A stretch of 64,000 nucleotides of DNA, taken from positions 17,798-81,797 of the forward strand of contig CAWVJY010000002.1 of NCBI GenBank assembly GCA_963929915.1, given 5' to 3'. Shown here piece by piece: positions 1 through 9,036 of the stretch; the first letter of the stretch is position 1, and each line of letters begins with the position of its first letter. Below the pieces are notes generated by a model, which was not told where the DNA came from, made no database searches, and was given only the letters and a program-made list of their open reading frames with translations. The stretch comes from Bacillota bacterium. Lineage in GTDB: Bacteria > Bacillota > Clostridia > TANB77 > CAG-508. The translations under genes and the position numbers were made by a program.

Positions 1-77
1 TTAAACTGATATTGAGGATATTTTTGCACAATTTTTTTTATTGCTTCATAACTTATTTGTGATAACCCATAATTCAT
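1..77 (-). CDS. 5' end of an unidentified CDS running off the window start
   Basis: ATG at 75-77 (minus) opens MNYGLSQISYEAIKKIVQKYPQYQF and stays open to position 1. It starts 10 nt downstream of the trpS stop. Product not recognisable. Confidence 0.3.
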   Translation of the reverse strand, partial: MNYGLSQISYEAIKKIVQKYPQYQF

Positions 78-86
78 ATTTTATAC

Positions 87-1115
87 CTATTCTTCCTTAT
101 CTTCAAAATAATCTAATTTCATTGCTTTTTTTACTTTTTTCATCGTTTCTTTAGCTGTTTTTCTTGCTTTATTCGTTCCTTCTATTAAAATTTTATCTAC
201 CAATTCTGGTCTTTCTTCATAATATTTTCTTTTTTCGCGAATTGGATTTAAAAATTCATTAATATTATGTGCTAATTGTTTTTTACAAGCCACACATCCT
301 CTTTTTCCTGCTTTACATTCTTCACAAATCGTATTTACGTCTTCCAAAGGAGCAAATAGTTTATGATAGTAAGCTACCATACAAACATCTGGATGACCTA
401 GATCGTCTTTTTTAATTCTTGTAGGATCTGTTACTGCACTCATTACTTTTTTATTTACTTCTTCTTCTGTATCTGATAAATAAATAGCATTTCCTAAAGA
501 TTTACCCATTTTTTCATTACCATCTAGACCTTTAATTCTTTTTGCATTAGATAATACTGCTTCTGGTTCTGTTAATACTTCGCCATAAATGCTATTAAAT
601 TTTCGAACAATTTCCCTACATTGCTCTATTAAAGGAAGTTGGTCTTCTCCTACTGGAACAAGGCTACCTTCTACTACTGTAATATCAGCAGCTTGGCTTA
701 CAGGATAACCTAAAAAACCATAAGTAACACTTTCACCAAAAAGTTCTTTTTTTTGGGCAATTTCTGTTTTTACGGTTGGGTTACGTTCTAGTCTTGCAAT
801 CGTTACTAAGTTAGAATAAAACACTGTTAGCTCTGCTGTTTCCGGTATCATAGATTGTATATGAATTGTTGTTTTTTCTGGATCAATTCCTACAGACAAA
901 TAATCTAAAACAACTTCTCTTACGTTTTTTCTTACTTTTTCTGGATGATTAAAATTATCTGTTAAAGCTTGCACATCTGCAATTAAAATATATGGATCAT
1001 ATTTACCAGTATTTTGCATTTCTACTCTTGTTTTTAAAGAGCCAAAATAGTGACCTATATGAAGTCTCCCTGTTGGTCTATCTCCTGTTAAAATACGTTT
1101 TTTCTTTTCTTCCAT
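87..1115 (-). CDS. trpS: tryptophanyl-tRNA synthetase
   Basis: 342-aa ORF with class I aaRS HIGH motif (HIGHYFG) and KMSKS-type motif (KMGKS). Length and overall sequence are typical of bacterial TrpRS. Confidence 0.92.
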   Translation of the reverse strand: MEEKKKRILTGDRPTGRLHIGHYFGSLKTRVEMQNTGKYDPYILIADVQALTDNFNHPEKVRKNVREVVLDYLSVGIDPEKTTIHIQSMIPETAELTVFYSNLVTIARLERNPTVKTEIAQKKELFGESVTYGFLGYPVSQAADITVVEGSLVPVGEDQLPLIEQCREIVRKFNSIYGEVLTEPEAVLSNAKRIKGLDGNEKMGKSLGNAIYLSDTEEEVNKKVMSAVTDPTRIKKDDLGHPDVCMVAYYHKLFAPLEDVNTICEECKAGKRGCVACKKQLAHNINEFLNPIREKRKYYEERPELVDKILIEGTNKARKTAKETMKKVKKAMKLDYFEDKEE

Positions 1116-1199
1116 TTCTTATTCATCTCTCTTTTTTAATTTTACTATTTTATTATACTGGATTTATTTGGATTTTACAAGTATTAGCTAAAAAAAGCA

Positions 1200-1236
1200 G
1201 GTTTAATGATACTAAAACCTGCTTTTCCTGTTATTT
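1200..1236. terminator. terminator/attenuator-like hairpin in the trpS upstream region
   Basis: GCAGGTTT (1207-1214) pairs with AAACCTGC (1225-1232), with A/T runs on both sides. A near-identical hairpin lies at 2144-2177. Confidence 0.55.
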
Positions 1237-1276
1237 TGGCCGGAAATTCTCCCAACGACTCCCTAAGGGCACTAAT

Positions 1277-1305
1277 TTGAACATTTTTTTAATCCATGGT
1301 ATAAT
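1277..1305 (+). promoter_or_regulatory. sigma-70-type promoter for the HD-domain gene
   Basis: TTGAAC (1277-1282), 17-nt spacer, TGgTATAAT (-10 at 1300-1305), about 40 nt upstream of RBS AAAGGAG and ATG 1343. Confidence 0.55.
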
Positions 1306-1342
1306 ATAGGTATCTATATTATATTTTAAAGGAGTTTTTTGT

Positions 1343-2130
1343 ATGTTAAGTAGTATGCTAACCTCTTACCTTTCCACGCATCCTGTTGATCAACTTTTTG
1401 TTGGTAAGATCAGCAGAAAAGCTTCTCATGTAAAAGCGGGTTGCTCAGATTGTAGTAGACTATCCCGACATTTTTATGAAAGAAGGTATGGACATTGTTT
1501 TACTTCAGCTGTGTGCTGAACACCACGATGACGGCAGAGCATATCAGTATGAAAAAAGCGGTGTCTTAAATGACACCATTCTTTCTCATCAGGACGCTGG
1601 TGCCATGATGGTTCAAGAATATTGCAGTCGTATTTTCGGTACCGACAGTTTTCCTGAAGATGTCCAAATTGTAATGGCAGTTATGAAGTACCACGGACGC
1701 TTGCCAAAAAGCTCACCAGGACGGTATTTCTGGAGTTACTTTATCCTATGTTGAGGCAATTACGATTGCCGACCGTATGGATTTGGCAACTAGCTGCCTG
1801 GTTTATCTTCCGGCCAATATTGAAAACGACGAAAGTGGTTTTCAATATGAACACACCATTAAGGATATTGTTTGGGAAAACTATCAAAAGGGGCAGCTGT
1901 ACGATTTGCGAAAAGTTTGCACAACTTATGATGAGTACATGCTGTTTGCCGCAACCATCTGTACTTCCTGTATTAAGGAGTACGGAGACATCATGAAAAA
2001 GCGCCTTCTGTCACCCGGTTTTGGGTATAGCACCATTCTGGAAGGATATAAATCTCTATTTGAGAAATATCTCCTCCCCGCAGATGCAGCCAAAGCGTAC
2101 AAGATTCTGGAGGGTTACGTTTTTTCGTAA
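1343..2130 (+). pseudogene. HD-domain (metal-dependent phosphohydrolase-like) gene with at least 2 frameshifts, on a GC-rich islet
   Basis: The reading frame moves from ATG 1343 (MLSSMLTSYLSTHPVDQLFVGKISRKASHVK) to RVAQIVVDYPDIFMKEGMDIVLLQLCAEHHDDGRAY (shift near the A-run at 1432-1436). It shifts again near 1750 to VEAITIADRMDLATS... ending at 2130. H..HD..D and ADRMD are HD-domain-like. GC content is clearly above the flanks. Confidence 0.6.
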
Positions 2131-2143
2131 TTTTCCAAACTTT

Positions 2144-2177
2144 AAAAGCAGGTTTTTCACTAAAACCTGCTTTTTTT
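2144..2177. terminator. bidirectional rho-independent terminator (copy of the 1200-1236 hairpin)
   Basis: AAAAGCAGGTTT-ttcacta-AAACCTGCTTTTTTT. Lies downstream of both the HD gene (+) and rpmA (-). Confidence 0.65.
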
Positions 2178-2190
2178 ATATGGCAATGGT

Positions 2191-2240
2191 TGTCAAAATT
2201 CTCCGTCACCATTGACAAAAATTCTCCGTTCCCATTGACA
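2191..2240. repeat. GGGGACGG-family repeat, type A, two tandem degenerate units
   Basis: TGTCAAAATTCTCCGTCACCATTGACAAAAATTCTCCGTTCCCATTGACA. Same unit as at 3302, 9037, 40686, 40758, 61769 and 61809. Ends 1 nt from the rpmA stop codon. Confidence 0.85.
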
Positions 2241-2241
2241 T

Positions 2242-2516
2242 TTATTTAACTGTACTTTCCTCTTCTACTGGATAAACACTGACTTTCTTTTTATCTTTGC
2301 CAAGTCTTTCAAATTTTACTTTACCAGTAACTTTTGCAAATAAAGTATCATCACTTCCAATACCAACATTAGTACCTGATGAATTTTTGTTCCTCTTTGT
2401 CTTACTAAAATATTACCTGCTGGAACAATTTGTCCATCTGCTCTTTTTAGTCCCAAACGTTTAGATTCACTATCTCTACCATTTTTAACGCTACCTTGAC
2501 CTTTTTTATGAGCCAT
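2242..2516 (-). CDS. rpmA: 50S ribosomal protein L27 with an apparent 1-nt deletion
   Basis: [46 protein letters not shown] matches L27. After about position 2378 the expected [45 protein letters not shown] is readable in the adjacent frame down to the stop at 2242-2244. Confidence 0.85.
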
Positions 2517-2662
2517 GCTATCTCACTCCCTTCATTTTTTAATTCGGGTATATCTATTTTTCTTTTAAATAGTTTTTACCATTTGATTGTTTTAAATTTA
2601 ATTTAATTTTCAATTATGCTTAATTAAATCTAACTTCTATTAGATTCTATTATATTTTTTTA

Positions 2663-3085
2663 CTAAGCTTCTTTTTTAGTAGTATCAGCTTTTTTAGTAG
2701 ATGTTGTCTTTTTTTCTACTGGTTTTGCTACTGCTTCTTTTGCTTCTGCTTTAGGAGTTTCTGTTTTTTCGCTAGCAGTTTTAATAGCTGTAATTTCTAC
2801 TTTAGTATATGGTTGTCTGTGACCTTGTGTCCTTCTATAATTCTTTTTAGCTTTATATTTATACACTAAAATCTTTTTACCTTTACCGTGAGAAACTACT
2901 TTTCCTTCTACTTTTACACCTTTTACATAAGGAGCTCCTACTTCTACTTTTTTGTCATCAGATACTAAAACAACGTGATCAAATGTTACTTTTTTTCCTT
3001 CTTCTGCATCTAATTTTTCGAAGAATACTACATCTCCTTGTGCTACTTTGTATTGTCTTCCACAGCTTTCAATAATTGCGTACAT
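2663..3085 (-). CDS. rplU: 50S ribosomal protein L21 with a Lys/Glu/Ala/Thr-rich C-terminal tail
   Basis: [25 protein letters not shown]... is L21-like. ATG 3085 lies 12 nt downstream of AGGAGG (3098-3103). The GTG at 3097 used by the ORF track directly abuts the RBS, so it is an unlikely start. Confidence 0.88.
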   Translation of the reverse strand: MYAIIESCGRQYKVAQGDVVFFEKLDAEEGKKVTFDHVVLVSDDKKVEVGAPYVKGVKVEGKVVSHGKGKKILVYKYKAKKNYRRTQGHRQPYTKVEITAIKTASEKTETPKAEAKEAVAKPVEKKTTSTKKADTTKKEA

Positions 3086-3097
3086 TACTTCGTACAC

Positions 3098-3221
3098 CTC
3101 CTATATTTGTATACTCGCTAAGCATAAATAACAAGGCAATTGCTCTACCCGCAATATTTAGTTGCCCGACTCAGGCGGCTTACAGTTAAATATTGTACCA
3201 CATTTTTTCTAGATATGTCAA
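3098..3221 (-). promoter_or_regulatory. rplU promoter plus GC-rich 5' leader of about 95 nt (possible L21-leader-type regulatory RNA)
   Basis: On the minus strand: TTGACA (3216-3221), 18-nt spacer, TACAAT (3192-3197). The leader contains GC-rich self-complementary segments (GCCGCCTGAGTCGGGC, GCAATTGC) that are unusual for this AT-rich DNA. Confidence 0.45.
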
Positions 3222-3301
3222 GTATCTTACAATATTTTTCATTGTAATTTCATAAACTACTTTATGTTATTTCTGTATTAGCAATAACTATGTGATAATG
3301 A

Positions 3302-3345
3302 TTGTCAAAAATCTCCGTCCCCATTGACACCCATTGACAAAAATA
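3302..3345. repeat. GGGGACGG-family repeat, type A plus a partial unit
   Basis: TTGTCAAAAATCTCCGTCCCCATTGACACCCATTGACAAAAAT. Confidence 0.85.
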
Positions 3346-3370
3346 AGGGAATCCAATTAAGGATTCCCTT
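3345..3370 (-). terminator. rho-independent terminator following the tRNA-like gene
   Basis: Minus strand: AAGGGAATCC-TTAATT-GGATTCCCTT followed by ATTTTTG. Confidence 0.6.
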
Positions 3371-3371
3371 A

Positions 3372-3447
3372 TGGTTCTAGGTTGATTCGAACAACCAACT
3401 CCTGCAAGATTCTGACTGAGGGCTTTACCTATTAAAGCTATAGAACC
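3372..3447 (-). ncRNA. tRNA-like RNA gene or tRNA pseudogene with no foldable anticodon stem
   Basis: Minus strand: GGTTCTATAGCTTTAATAGGTAAAGCCCTCAGTCAGAATCTTGCAGGAGTTGGTTGTTCGAATCAACCTAGAACCA. It has a 7-bp acceptor stem (GGTTCTA/TAGAACC), a D-arm (GCTT..GG..AAGC) and a canonical T-arm (GGTTG-TTCGAAT-CAACC). I could not find any 5-bp anticodon stem in the central 25 nt. Confidence 0.45.
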
Positions 3448-3653
3448 TAATCGAATATATATAATATTGATTTATTTATTTTTTATCACATTTTTCTGTT
3501 ATTTTCAATAGTTTTTTCCATTTTTTCATCCTATTTTTTATTATTTTTTTACCTTCTTTCATGGTTTTACATTTCATTTTTCAGAGCATAAACTTGTTTT
3601 GGTTCTACTTTATTGTATAAGAAAAATTAAGATTTTCTCTATAAGATAGAGAA

Positions 3654-3678
3654 GAGCCCCTGAAACAGGGGCCCTTTT
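3654..3678. terminator. GC-rich hairpin downstream of the hfq-like gene
   Basis: GCCCC-TGAAACA-GGGGC, followed by TTTT on the + strand. Confidence 0.45.
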
Positions 3679-3688
3679 GAATTTGGAG

Positions 3689-3886
3689 TTATACTTCTTC
3701 TATGGTAGTAATGCCGGAAAAGAAAATCAACTTTTCCTTCTGACTCTTCGTTTCTCTTATCCGAAGACAAACGTCATCATTTGATTCCAAAGTTCCAGTC
3801 ATCTGGAATCCGTTCACCACGAAAATCCGCATTTCTTTTCCTCTCATTGAGCTCAAATACTTCTCTGCGATGTAATTCGTTACCAT
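3689..3886 (-). CDS. Hfq/Sm-like RNA-binding protein (65 aa)
   Basis: EMRIFVVNGFQMTGTLESNDDVCLRI resembles the Hfq Sm1 motif (v.i.L.nG..l.G.i.sfD.f.vlL). KLIFFSGITTIEE resembles Sm2 (l.YKHAIsTi). GC content is higher than the surroundings. Confidence 0.55.
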   Translation of the reverse strand: MVTNYIAEKYLSSMRGKEMRIFVVNGFQMTGTLESNDDVCLRIRETKSQKEKLIFFSGITTIEEV

Positions 3887-4044
3887 GTTGTTTAACTCCT
3901 TTTCTTTCTATATTAGAGCTATTAGCTCTATACCATTATTATATCACATTTTTTGTGTTTTGTAAATTTCTGTAAAAATTTTCTCTTTTCTCACTAGATT
4001 TTATCTTTTTTAATATGTAATAATCCAATAACATTTTTGGTGAG

Positions 4045-7000
4045 TTATTCCACACTTTTTAAAGATTCTATCATATCAATTTTCTTTAGTGCAAAATAGG
4101 TTCCAATACTAACAATAATTGTAAAAATAGCTGTAATCAAGATTCCATAAATATAACTCATAAATCGAATTTGTGGATTAAACATCAACATATCTAGTTC
4201 ACAAGTTTTAATAATATAAGTAGTTAAAAAGTAGCCTCCACCTAATCCTAATAAAATACCTATTATGGTTAGAATAATGGTTTCTTTTCCAACATAATTA
4301 TATACTTCTTTATGATAAAATCCTAATACCTTAATGGTAGCAAGTTCTCTTATTCTTTCACTAATATTGGTATTAGATAAGCTGTATAGTACTAAGAAAG
4401 CAAGCATTCCCGCTGCTACAATTAATATAAATACAACTAAACTCATGTTATTCATGACATCTTCAAACATATCAGTTGTAACAGATGTAAAAGTTACTCC
4501 CGAAATATAGTCTTCTTCTCCCAAAATTTCTTTTCCTAGTTCGTCTTCTCTTTCTAATGTCAATTCTGGTATAATTGCCAAAATAGTATTTGGTTTTATT
4601 TCTTCTTCATATAATTGCTTATAAAGTTCTGGTGACATATAAATATAGTGGAATAAGTAGTTTTCTGTAATTGCCGTTACTTTTACTTCTACTTTGTTGT
4701 CCTCTTCTAATTCTAAAATGATGGTATCTCCTTGCTTAATGTCTAACAATGTAGCTAATTTTTCTGTAATAATAACTCCACTATTGTCTAATTGATATGT
4801 TTCATCTTGATGTTTTCTATCTCTTAATGTTATAAAATCTTTTAATTTTTCTACATCTTGTGGTACTACTAGTTGAATACTTTGGTTATTATCATTTTTA
4901 TCTATAGAAACTGATTGCATATTAATAAGCATACTATTTGCAATATTTTCTTTTGCAGAAATGGTTTCATAAGCTTCTTGTGTTTGTTTTGTAGTTAGCC
5001 CTTCTTTTAAAGAAATTTCTAAATTATATTTAAAGATTTCTCCATATTGTGACGGAATCATACTGCCTATAGCATCTCTTAACCCAAATCCTGCAATAAT
5101 TAAGGAAGTACAACCTGCTATTCCTATAATCGTCATTAAAAATCTCTTTTTATAACGAAATATATTGCGTAGAGTTACCTTTTGAGTAAAGTTTAATTTT
5201 GACCAAATAAATGGTATTTTTTCTAAGAAAACTCTTTTTCCTGGTTTTGGTGCCTTTGGTCTCATTAAGCTTGCTGGTGTAGAAGCTAAAGTTCTAGCGC
5301 AAGAGTATATTGTTGCTCCTACTGTACATACCATAGCAGCAAGTAGCCCTAATGTAGCATATTCTGTATTAAATTCTAAAACAATTGGTGGTAAAGTATA
5401 CATCATGCAATACATATCAAAAATAATACTTGGTAATAAATAAAAACCAATTGCCATTCCTATTAAACTTCCCAAAATGGTAGCAATAAGAGCATAAATA
5501 ATATATTTAGAAGCAATTTGAAATTTACTATAGCCCAGTCCTTTTAAAGTTCCTATTTGTACCCTTTGCTCTTCTACCATTCTTGTCATAGAAGTTAAGC
5601 TAATTAATGCTGCAACTAAAAAGAATACGACTGGGAAAACTTGTGCAATATTAGCTACTCTATCGGTATCTTGCAAATAGCTTACATAACCTGTATTTGC
5701 TTCTCTATCTAAAATATACCAATCTGGTTTTTCTATTTCTTCTAAATCTAATCTTGCTTTTTCTAATTTTTCTTCTGCTTCTGCTATTTGTTCTTCCGCT
5801 TCTTTTTTAGCTTTTTCTAGTTCTTTTTCTCCATCTTCTATTTCTTTTTGAGCATCTTCTAATTCTTTTTGTGCATTTGCAAATTCTGTATCTGCTGTTT
5901 TCTTTCCTTGTTCATATTTTTTGGTTTGCTCTTTTATCTCACTATTTGCTTTATTTAATAGTTCTTCGCTTTCTTCTAGTTGTTTTTTTGCACTACTAAT
6001 TTCTGTTTGAATTGTACGAATTGTATTTTCTAAATTTTCTATCTCTATTCCTTGTTTTTTTAATTGTTCTTCTATGGTTTGCATAGTTGCTTGTAAAATA
6101 TAATTTTGTTTTTGAAAATTAGCAATTTGTGTTTTAATATTTTTAATTTCTTCTGCATCTTCTGTTTCATCTAATCCTTGTAATTGTTCTTGTAATTGTG
6201 CTATTTTGGTTTGATTTTCTGTTAAAGTGGAAGATGCTGTATTATATTGTTTTTGTGCTTCTTGTAATAACTCTAGATTGTTTTGCGCTTCTTCTATTTG
6301 TTTTTCTGCTTTTACTTTTTCTTCTTCAAATAGTTCTTGTTTTTCTTGTAATTGTTTTTTTGCTTTATCTAGTTGTTCTTTTGCATCTTCTAATTCGCTA
6401 TAGGTACTATTTTTTTCACTTTGTAACTTAGCTTTTCCTTCTTCTATTTCTGCTTTGCCATCCTCTAATTCTTTTTCTGCCTTTTCGATTTCGTCTTGTG
6501 CCTTTTTGGTTTGTTCATCTAGTTCTTTCTGTGCATCTTGTATTTTACTATTTGCTTCATTATAAATTTCATCATATCTTGCTTGTCTTCTTTCTTCTGA
6601 AATTGCATCTATTTTATCTTTTACTTCTTGCACTCTATCTTCATAGCTACTTTGATAAGTTTTTAGTTCTTGAGCTCCTTCTACTGTGATATAGGCTACT
6701 GTACTTAAGTCAGTGTCAAAGTTATCTCTTGGAATATACATGTAGTAGTCTATTTTTCCTGAACCTAATTTAGTGCTTCCTCTTTCTATATAAATATATA
6801 AAGGTGATTGAACCGTACCTACAATTGTAACTTTTTCTTCTTTTAATAGTTTTTGTGTTTCTCCATCATCATTCGTAATGTCTTCTACTTCAATTTCGAT
6901 TTGGTCCCCTATATGATGTTTTGTTCCTAGTAAAAAATTTTCTTCTACTACACATTCTGTATTGTTTTCTGGTAGTCTACCTTCTACCAAAGTAAGCTGA

Positions 7001-7341
7001 TTCATATTGGTTGGTAAAGATTCTAATTTTACTACAAATTCTTCTTCTCCACTATTGACAATAGCATCTGTAGAATAAGAACCCTCTATTTGCTCTACTC
7101 CTTCTACTTTTTGTAACTCTTCTAAGTCTGTGGTAGTAAGACCGAGTGTTGATATTACTTGAATGTCCATTACATTTTGTGTATCAAAATATTGGTCTAA
7201 AGTTTCTTTCATATCTGGGCTGGCAGCTTTGATTCCAGCAAAAAAACCCACACCTAATAAAACGATTAATAACATAGAGATAAATCGTTTATAATTGTGG
7301 GTTATTTCCTTAAAAGTATCTTTTAATAAAGCTGTTTTCAT
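4045..7341 (-). CDS. FtsX/MacB-type ABC transporter permease (1098 aa) with a long coiled-coil extracytoplasmic insertion
   Basis: N-terminal TM helix, two FtsX-like 4-TM bundles (about residues 590-720 and 980-1098), and a central Lys/Glu/Gln-rich heptad region of roughly 330 aa. Adjacent to its ATPase gene. Confidence 0.8.
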   Translation of the reverse strand: MKTALLKDTFKEITHNYKRFISMLLIVLLGVGFFAGIKAASPDMKETLDQYFDTQNVMDIQVISTLGLTTTDLEELQKVEGVEQIEGSYSTDAIVNSGEEEFVVKLESLPTNMNQLTLVEGRLPENNTECVVEENFLLGTKHHIGDQIEIEVEDITNDDGETQKLLKEEKVTIVGTVQSPLYIYIERGSTKLGSGKIDYYMYIPRDNFDTDLSTVAYITVEGAQELKTYQSSYEDRVQEVKDKIDAISEERRQARYDEIYNEANSKIQDAQKELDEQTKKAQDEIEKAEKELEDGKAEIEEGKAKLQSEKNSTYSELEDAKEQLDKAKKQLQEKQELFEEEKVKAEKQIEEAQNNLELLQEAQKQYNTASSTLTENQTKIAQLQEQLQGLDETEDAEEIKNIKTQIANFQKQNYILQATMQTIEEQLKKQGIEIENLENTIRTIQTEISSAKKQLEESEELLNKANSEIKEQTKKYEQGKKTADTEFANAQKELEDAQKEIEDGEKELEKAKKEAEEQIAEAEEKLEKARLDLEEIEKPDWYILDREANTGYVSYLQDTDRVANIAQVFPVVFFLVAALISLTSMTRMVEEQRVQIGTLKGLGYSKFQIASKYIIYALIATILGSLIGMAIGFYLLPSIIFDMYCMMYTLPPIVLEFNTEYATLGLLAAMVCTVGATIYSCARTLASTPASLMRPKAPKPGKRVFLEKIPFIWSKLNFTQKVTLRNIFRYKKRFLMTIIGIAGCTSLIIAGFGLRDAIGSMIPSQYGEIFKYNLEISLKEGLTTKQTQEAYETISAKENIANSMLINMQSVSIDKNDNNQSIQLVVPQDVEKLKDFITLRDRKHQDETYQLDNSGVIITEKLATLLDIKQGDTIILELEEDNKVEVKVTAITENYLFHYIYMSPELYKQLYEEEIKPNTILAIIPELTLEREDELGKEILGEEDYISGVTFTSVTTDMFEDVMNNMSLVVFILIVAAGMLAFLVLYSLSNTNISERIRELATIKVLGFYHKEVYNYVGKETIILTIIGILLGLGGGYFLTTYIIKTCELDMLMFNPQIRFMSYIYGILITAIFTIIVSIGTYFALKKIDMIESLKSVE

Positions 7342-7398
7342 TTTGCATTTTACTCCTTATAGTTTGTTATTTTCTTTTGTGGTTTTTCTTTTATTATT

Positions 7399-8100
7399 CT
7401 ACCATTCTATTTGTTCAATAGGAGTTGGATTTGGATTAATAATAGGTTCGCTAGCTGTACCATTTTTAAAATGAATTACTCTATCTGCCATAGGAGTTAA
7501 CGCTTGATTATGGGTAATAATAACTACTGTCATTTTTTCTTTACGACAAGTATCTTGTAATAATTTTAAAATTTGTTTTCCTGTTTTATAATCTAATGCA
7601 CCTGTTGGTTCATCACATAATAACAATTTAGGATTTTTAGCAATAGCTCTTGCAATAGCTACTCTTTGTTGTTCTCCACCAGATAATTGTGATGGAAAAT
7701 TATTCATTCTATGCTCTAAACCTACTTTTTTTAAAATAGTAGCTGGATCTAATGGTTTTTTAGAAATTTGAGTAGCAAGTTCTACATTTTCTTTTGCTGT
7801 TAAATTTTGTACTAAGTTATAGAATTGAAAAATAAATCCAATATCTTCTCTTCTATATCGGATTAATTCTTTTTCTTTAAGAGAACTAATATCTTTATTG
7901 TCAATTATAATTTTACCAGAAGTTGCCCTATCCATACCACCTAAGATATTTAAAGCAGTAGTTTTTCCTGCTCCACTTGGTCCTACAATAACAGCAAGTT
8001 CTCCTTTTTCTATTTGAAAATTAGTTTTATCTAAGGCTTTAATGGAAACTTCTCCCATTTTATATTCTTTTACCACATTTTTAAATTCTATATATGCCAT
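7399..8100 (-). CDS. ABC transporter ATP-binding protein (MacB/LolD-like)
   Basis: Walker [10 protein letters not shown], signature [14 protein letters not shown], Walker [13 protein letters not shown]. Confidence 0.92.
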   Translation of the reverse strand: MAYIEFKNVVKEYKMGEVSIKALDKTNFQIEKGELAVIVGPSGAGKTTALNILGGMDRATSGKIIIDNKDISSLKEKELIRYRREDIGFIFQFYNLVQNLTAKENVELATQISKKPLDPATILKKVGLEHRMNNFPSQLSGGEQQRVAIARAIAKNPKLLLCDEPTGALDYKTGKQILKLLQDTCRKEKMTVVIITHNQALTPMADRVIHFKNGTASEPIINPNPTPIEQIEW

Positions 8101-8336
8101 CTTTTCTTCACATGGTTACATATTTTTTTATGCCACCATATGCTCCTTTTATCATAAAATTTAGGTTTTTAAAGTGGCTACCCATAAACCTCATTTTTCT
8201 TTTTTATTATATTCTACTTTTTTTGTTTTTTCAATTGTTTTTTTAGTGAAATTTTTGTGTCCTTCTAACGGTCAGGCACTTTCTTTTTTTCTTCCGCATA
8301 TAATGCTAGTAAATGTTTTTAGGAGGTATGTTATTT

Positions 8337-9035
8337 ATGTTTTCTCTTTCTTTAACTGGTTTTTTAGCATTTTTAAACTCCGCTATTTTTTTGGTTGGTT
8401 ATATATCTAATAATTCTTTATTTCCAGAACCTTTAAGTAGCGAAGAAGAAAAGAAATATTTAGAACGTTTAAAGGAAGGGGACGAAGAAGCTAGAAATAT
8501 TTTAATAGAACGAAATTTAAGATTAGTAGCACATGTATGTAAAAAATATAGTACTACAAAAGTAGAACAAGATGATTTGATTTCTATTGGAACTATTGGA
8601 TTAATAAAGGGAATCAATAGTTTTGATAGTAGCAAAGGCGTGAGACTTGCAACCTATGTTTCTCGTTGTGTAGATAACGAAGTATTGATGTTTTTAAGAA
8701 GTAATAAAAAGGTAAATGCAGAAGTATATTTAGAAGACCCTATTGGAAAAGATAAAGATGATAATACTGTTACTTTACAAGAAGTTTTAGAAAATAACGA
8801 GAAAAATATAGAAGATGAAGTGGATTTAAAATTTAAAGTAAAAAAACTATATGAGAAAATGAAAGAAGTACTAAAGGCAAGAGAAAAAACAATTTTAGAA
8901 TTAAGATTTGGACTTGGAGGCAAAAAGCCTCAAACGCAAAATGAAATTGCTGATAGCATGGGAATTTCCCGTTCTTATGTTTCTAGAATTGAAACCAAGG
9001 CAATTGGCAAATTAGCAAAGGAATTTAAGGAATGA
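8337..9035 (+). CDS. sigK: sporulation sigma factor, SigK-like (SigE/SigK group), with pro-sequence
   Basis: FPEPLSSEEEKKYLERLKEGDEEARNILIERNLRLVAHVCKKY...DLISIGTIGLIKGINSF...LATYVSRCVDNEVLMFLR is close to the SigK pattern as I recall it. The hydrophobic N-terminal leader is typical of pro-sigma factors. ATG 8337 lies 10 nt after AGGAGG (8321-8326). Confidence 0.8.
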   Translation: MFSLSLTGFLAFLNSAIFLVGYISNNSLFPEPLSSEEEKKYLERLKEGDEEARNILIERNLRLVAHVCKKYSTTKVEQDDLISIGTIGLIKGINSFDSSKGVRLATYVSRCVDNEVLMFLRSNKKVNAEVYLEDPIGKDKDDNTVTLQEVLENNEKNIEDEVDLKFKVKKLYEKMKEVLKAREKTILELRFGLGGKKPQTQNEIADSMGISRSYVSRIETKAIGKLAKEFKE

Positions 9036-9036
9036 G

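Noticed and set aside
1116-1340. T-box leader upstream of trpS
   Set aside because: A terminator-like hairpin is present (1200-1236). However, I could not find the GGGUGGUACCGCG-type T-box sequence or a convincing antiterminator. The region is also partly occupied by the promoter of the divergent HD gene. It is left as an unexplained attenuator-like hairpin.
6198-6689. Plus-strand ORFs (6198-6431, 6498-6689) rich in Leu/Phe inside the permease gene
   Set aside because: They are antisense reading of the Lys/Glu-rich coiled-coil region. The low-complexity translation is typical of spurious antisense ORFs. The same applies to many other short plus-strand ORFs in the track (e.g. 8654-8923, 9352-9642, 30146-30352, 31151-31423, 39331-39567).
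8174-8410. 78-aa ORF and the longer 8313 start upstream of sigK
   Set aside because: The AGGAGG at 8321-8326 falls inside these frames and is correctly spaced only for ATG 8337. The upstream ORF is hydrophobic low-complexity sequence with no RBS.
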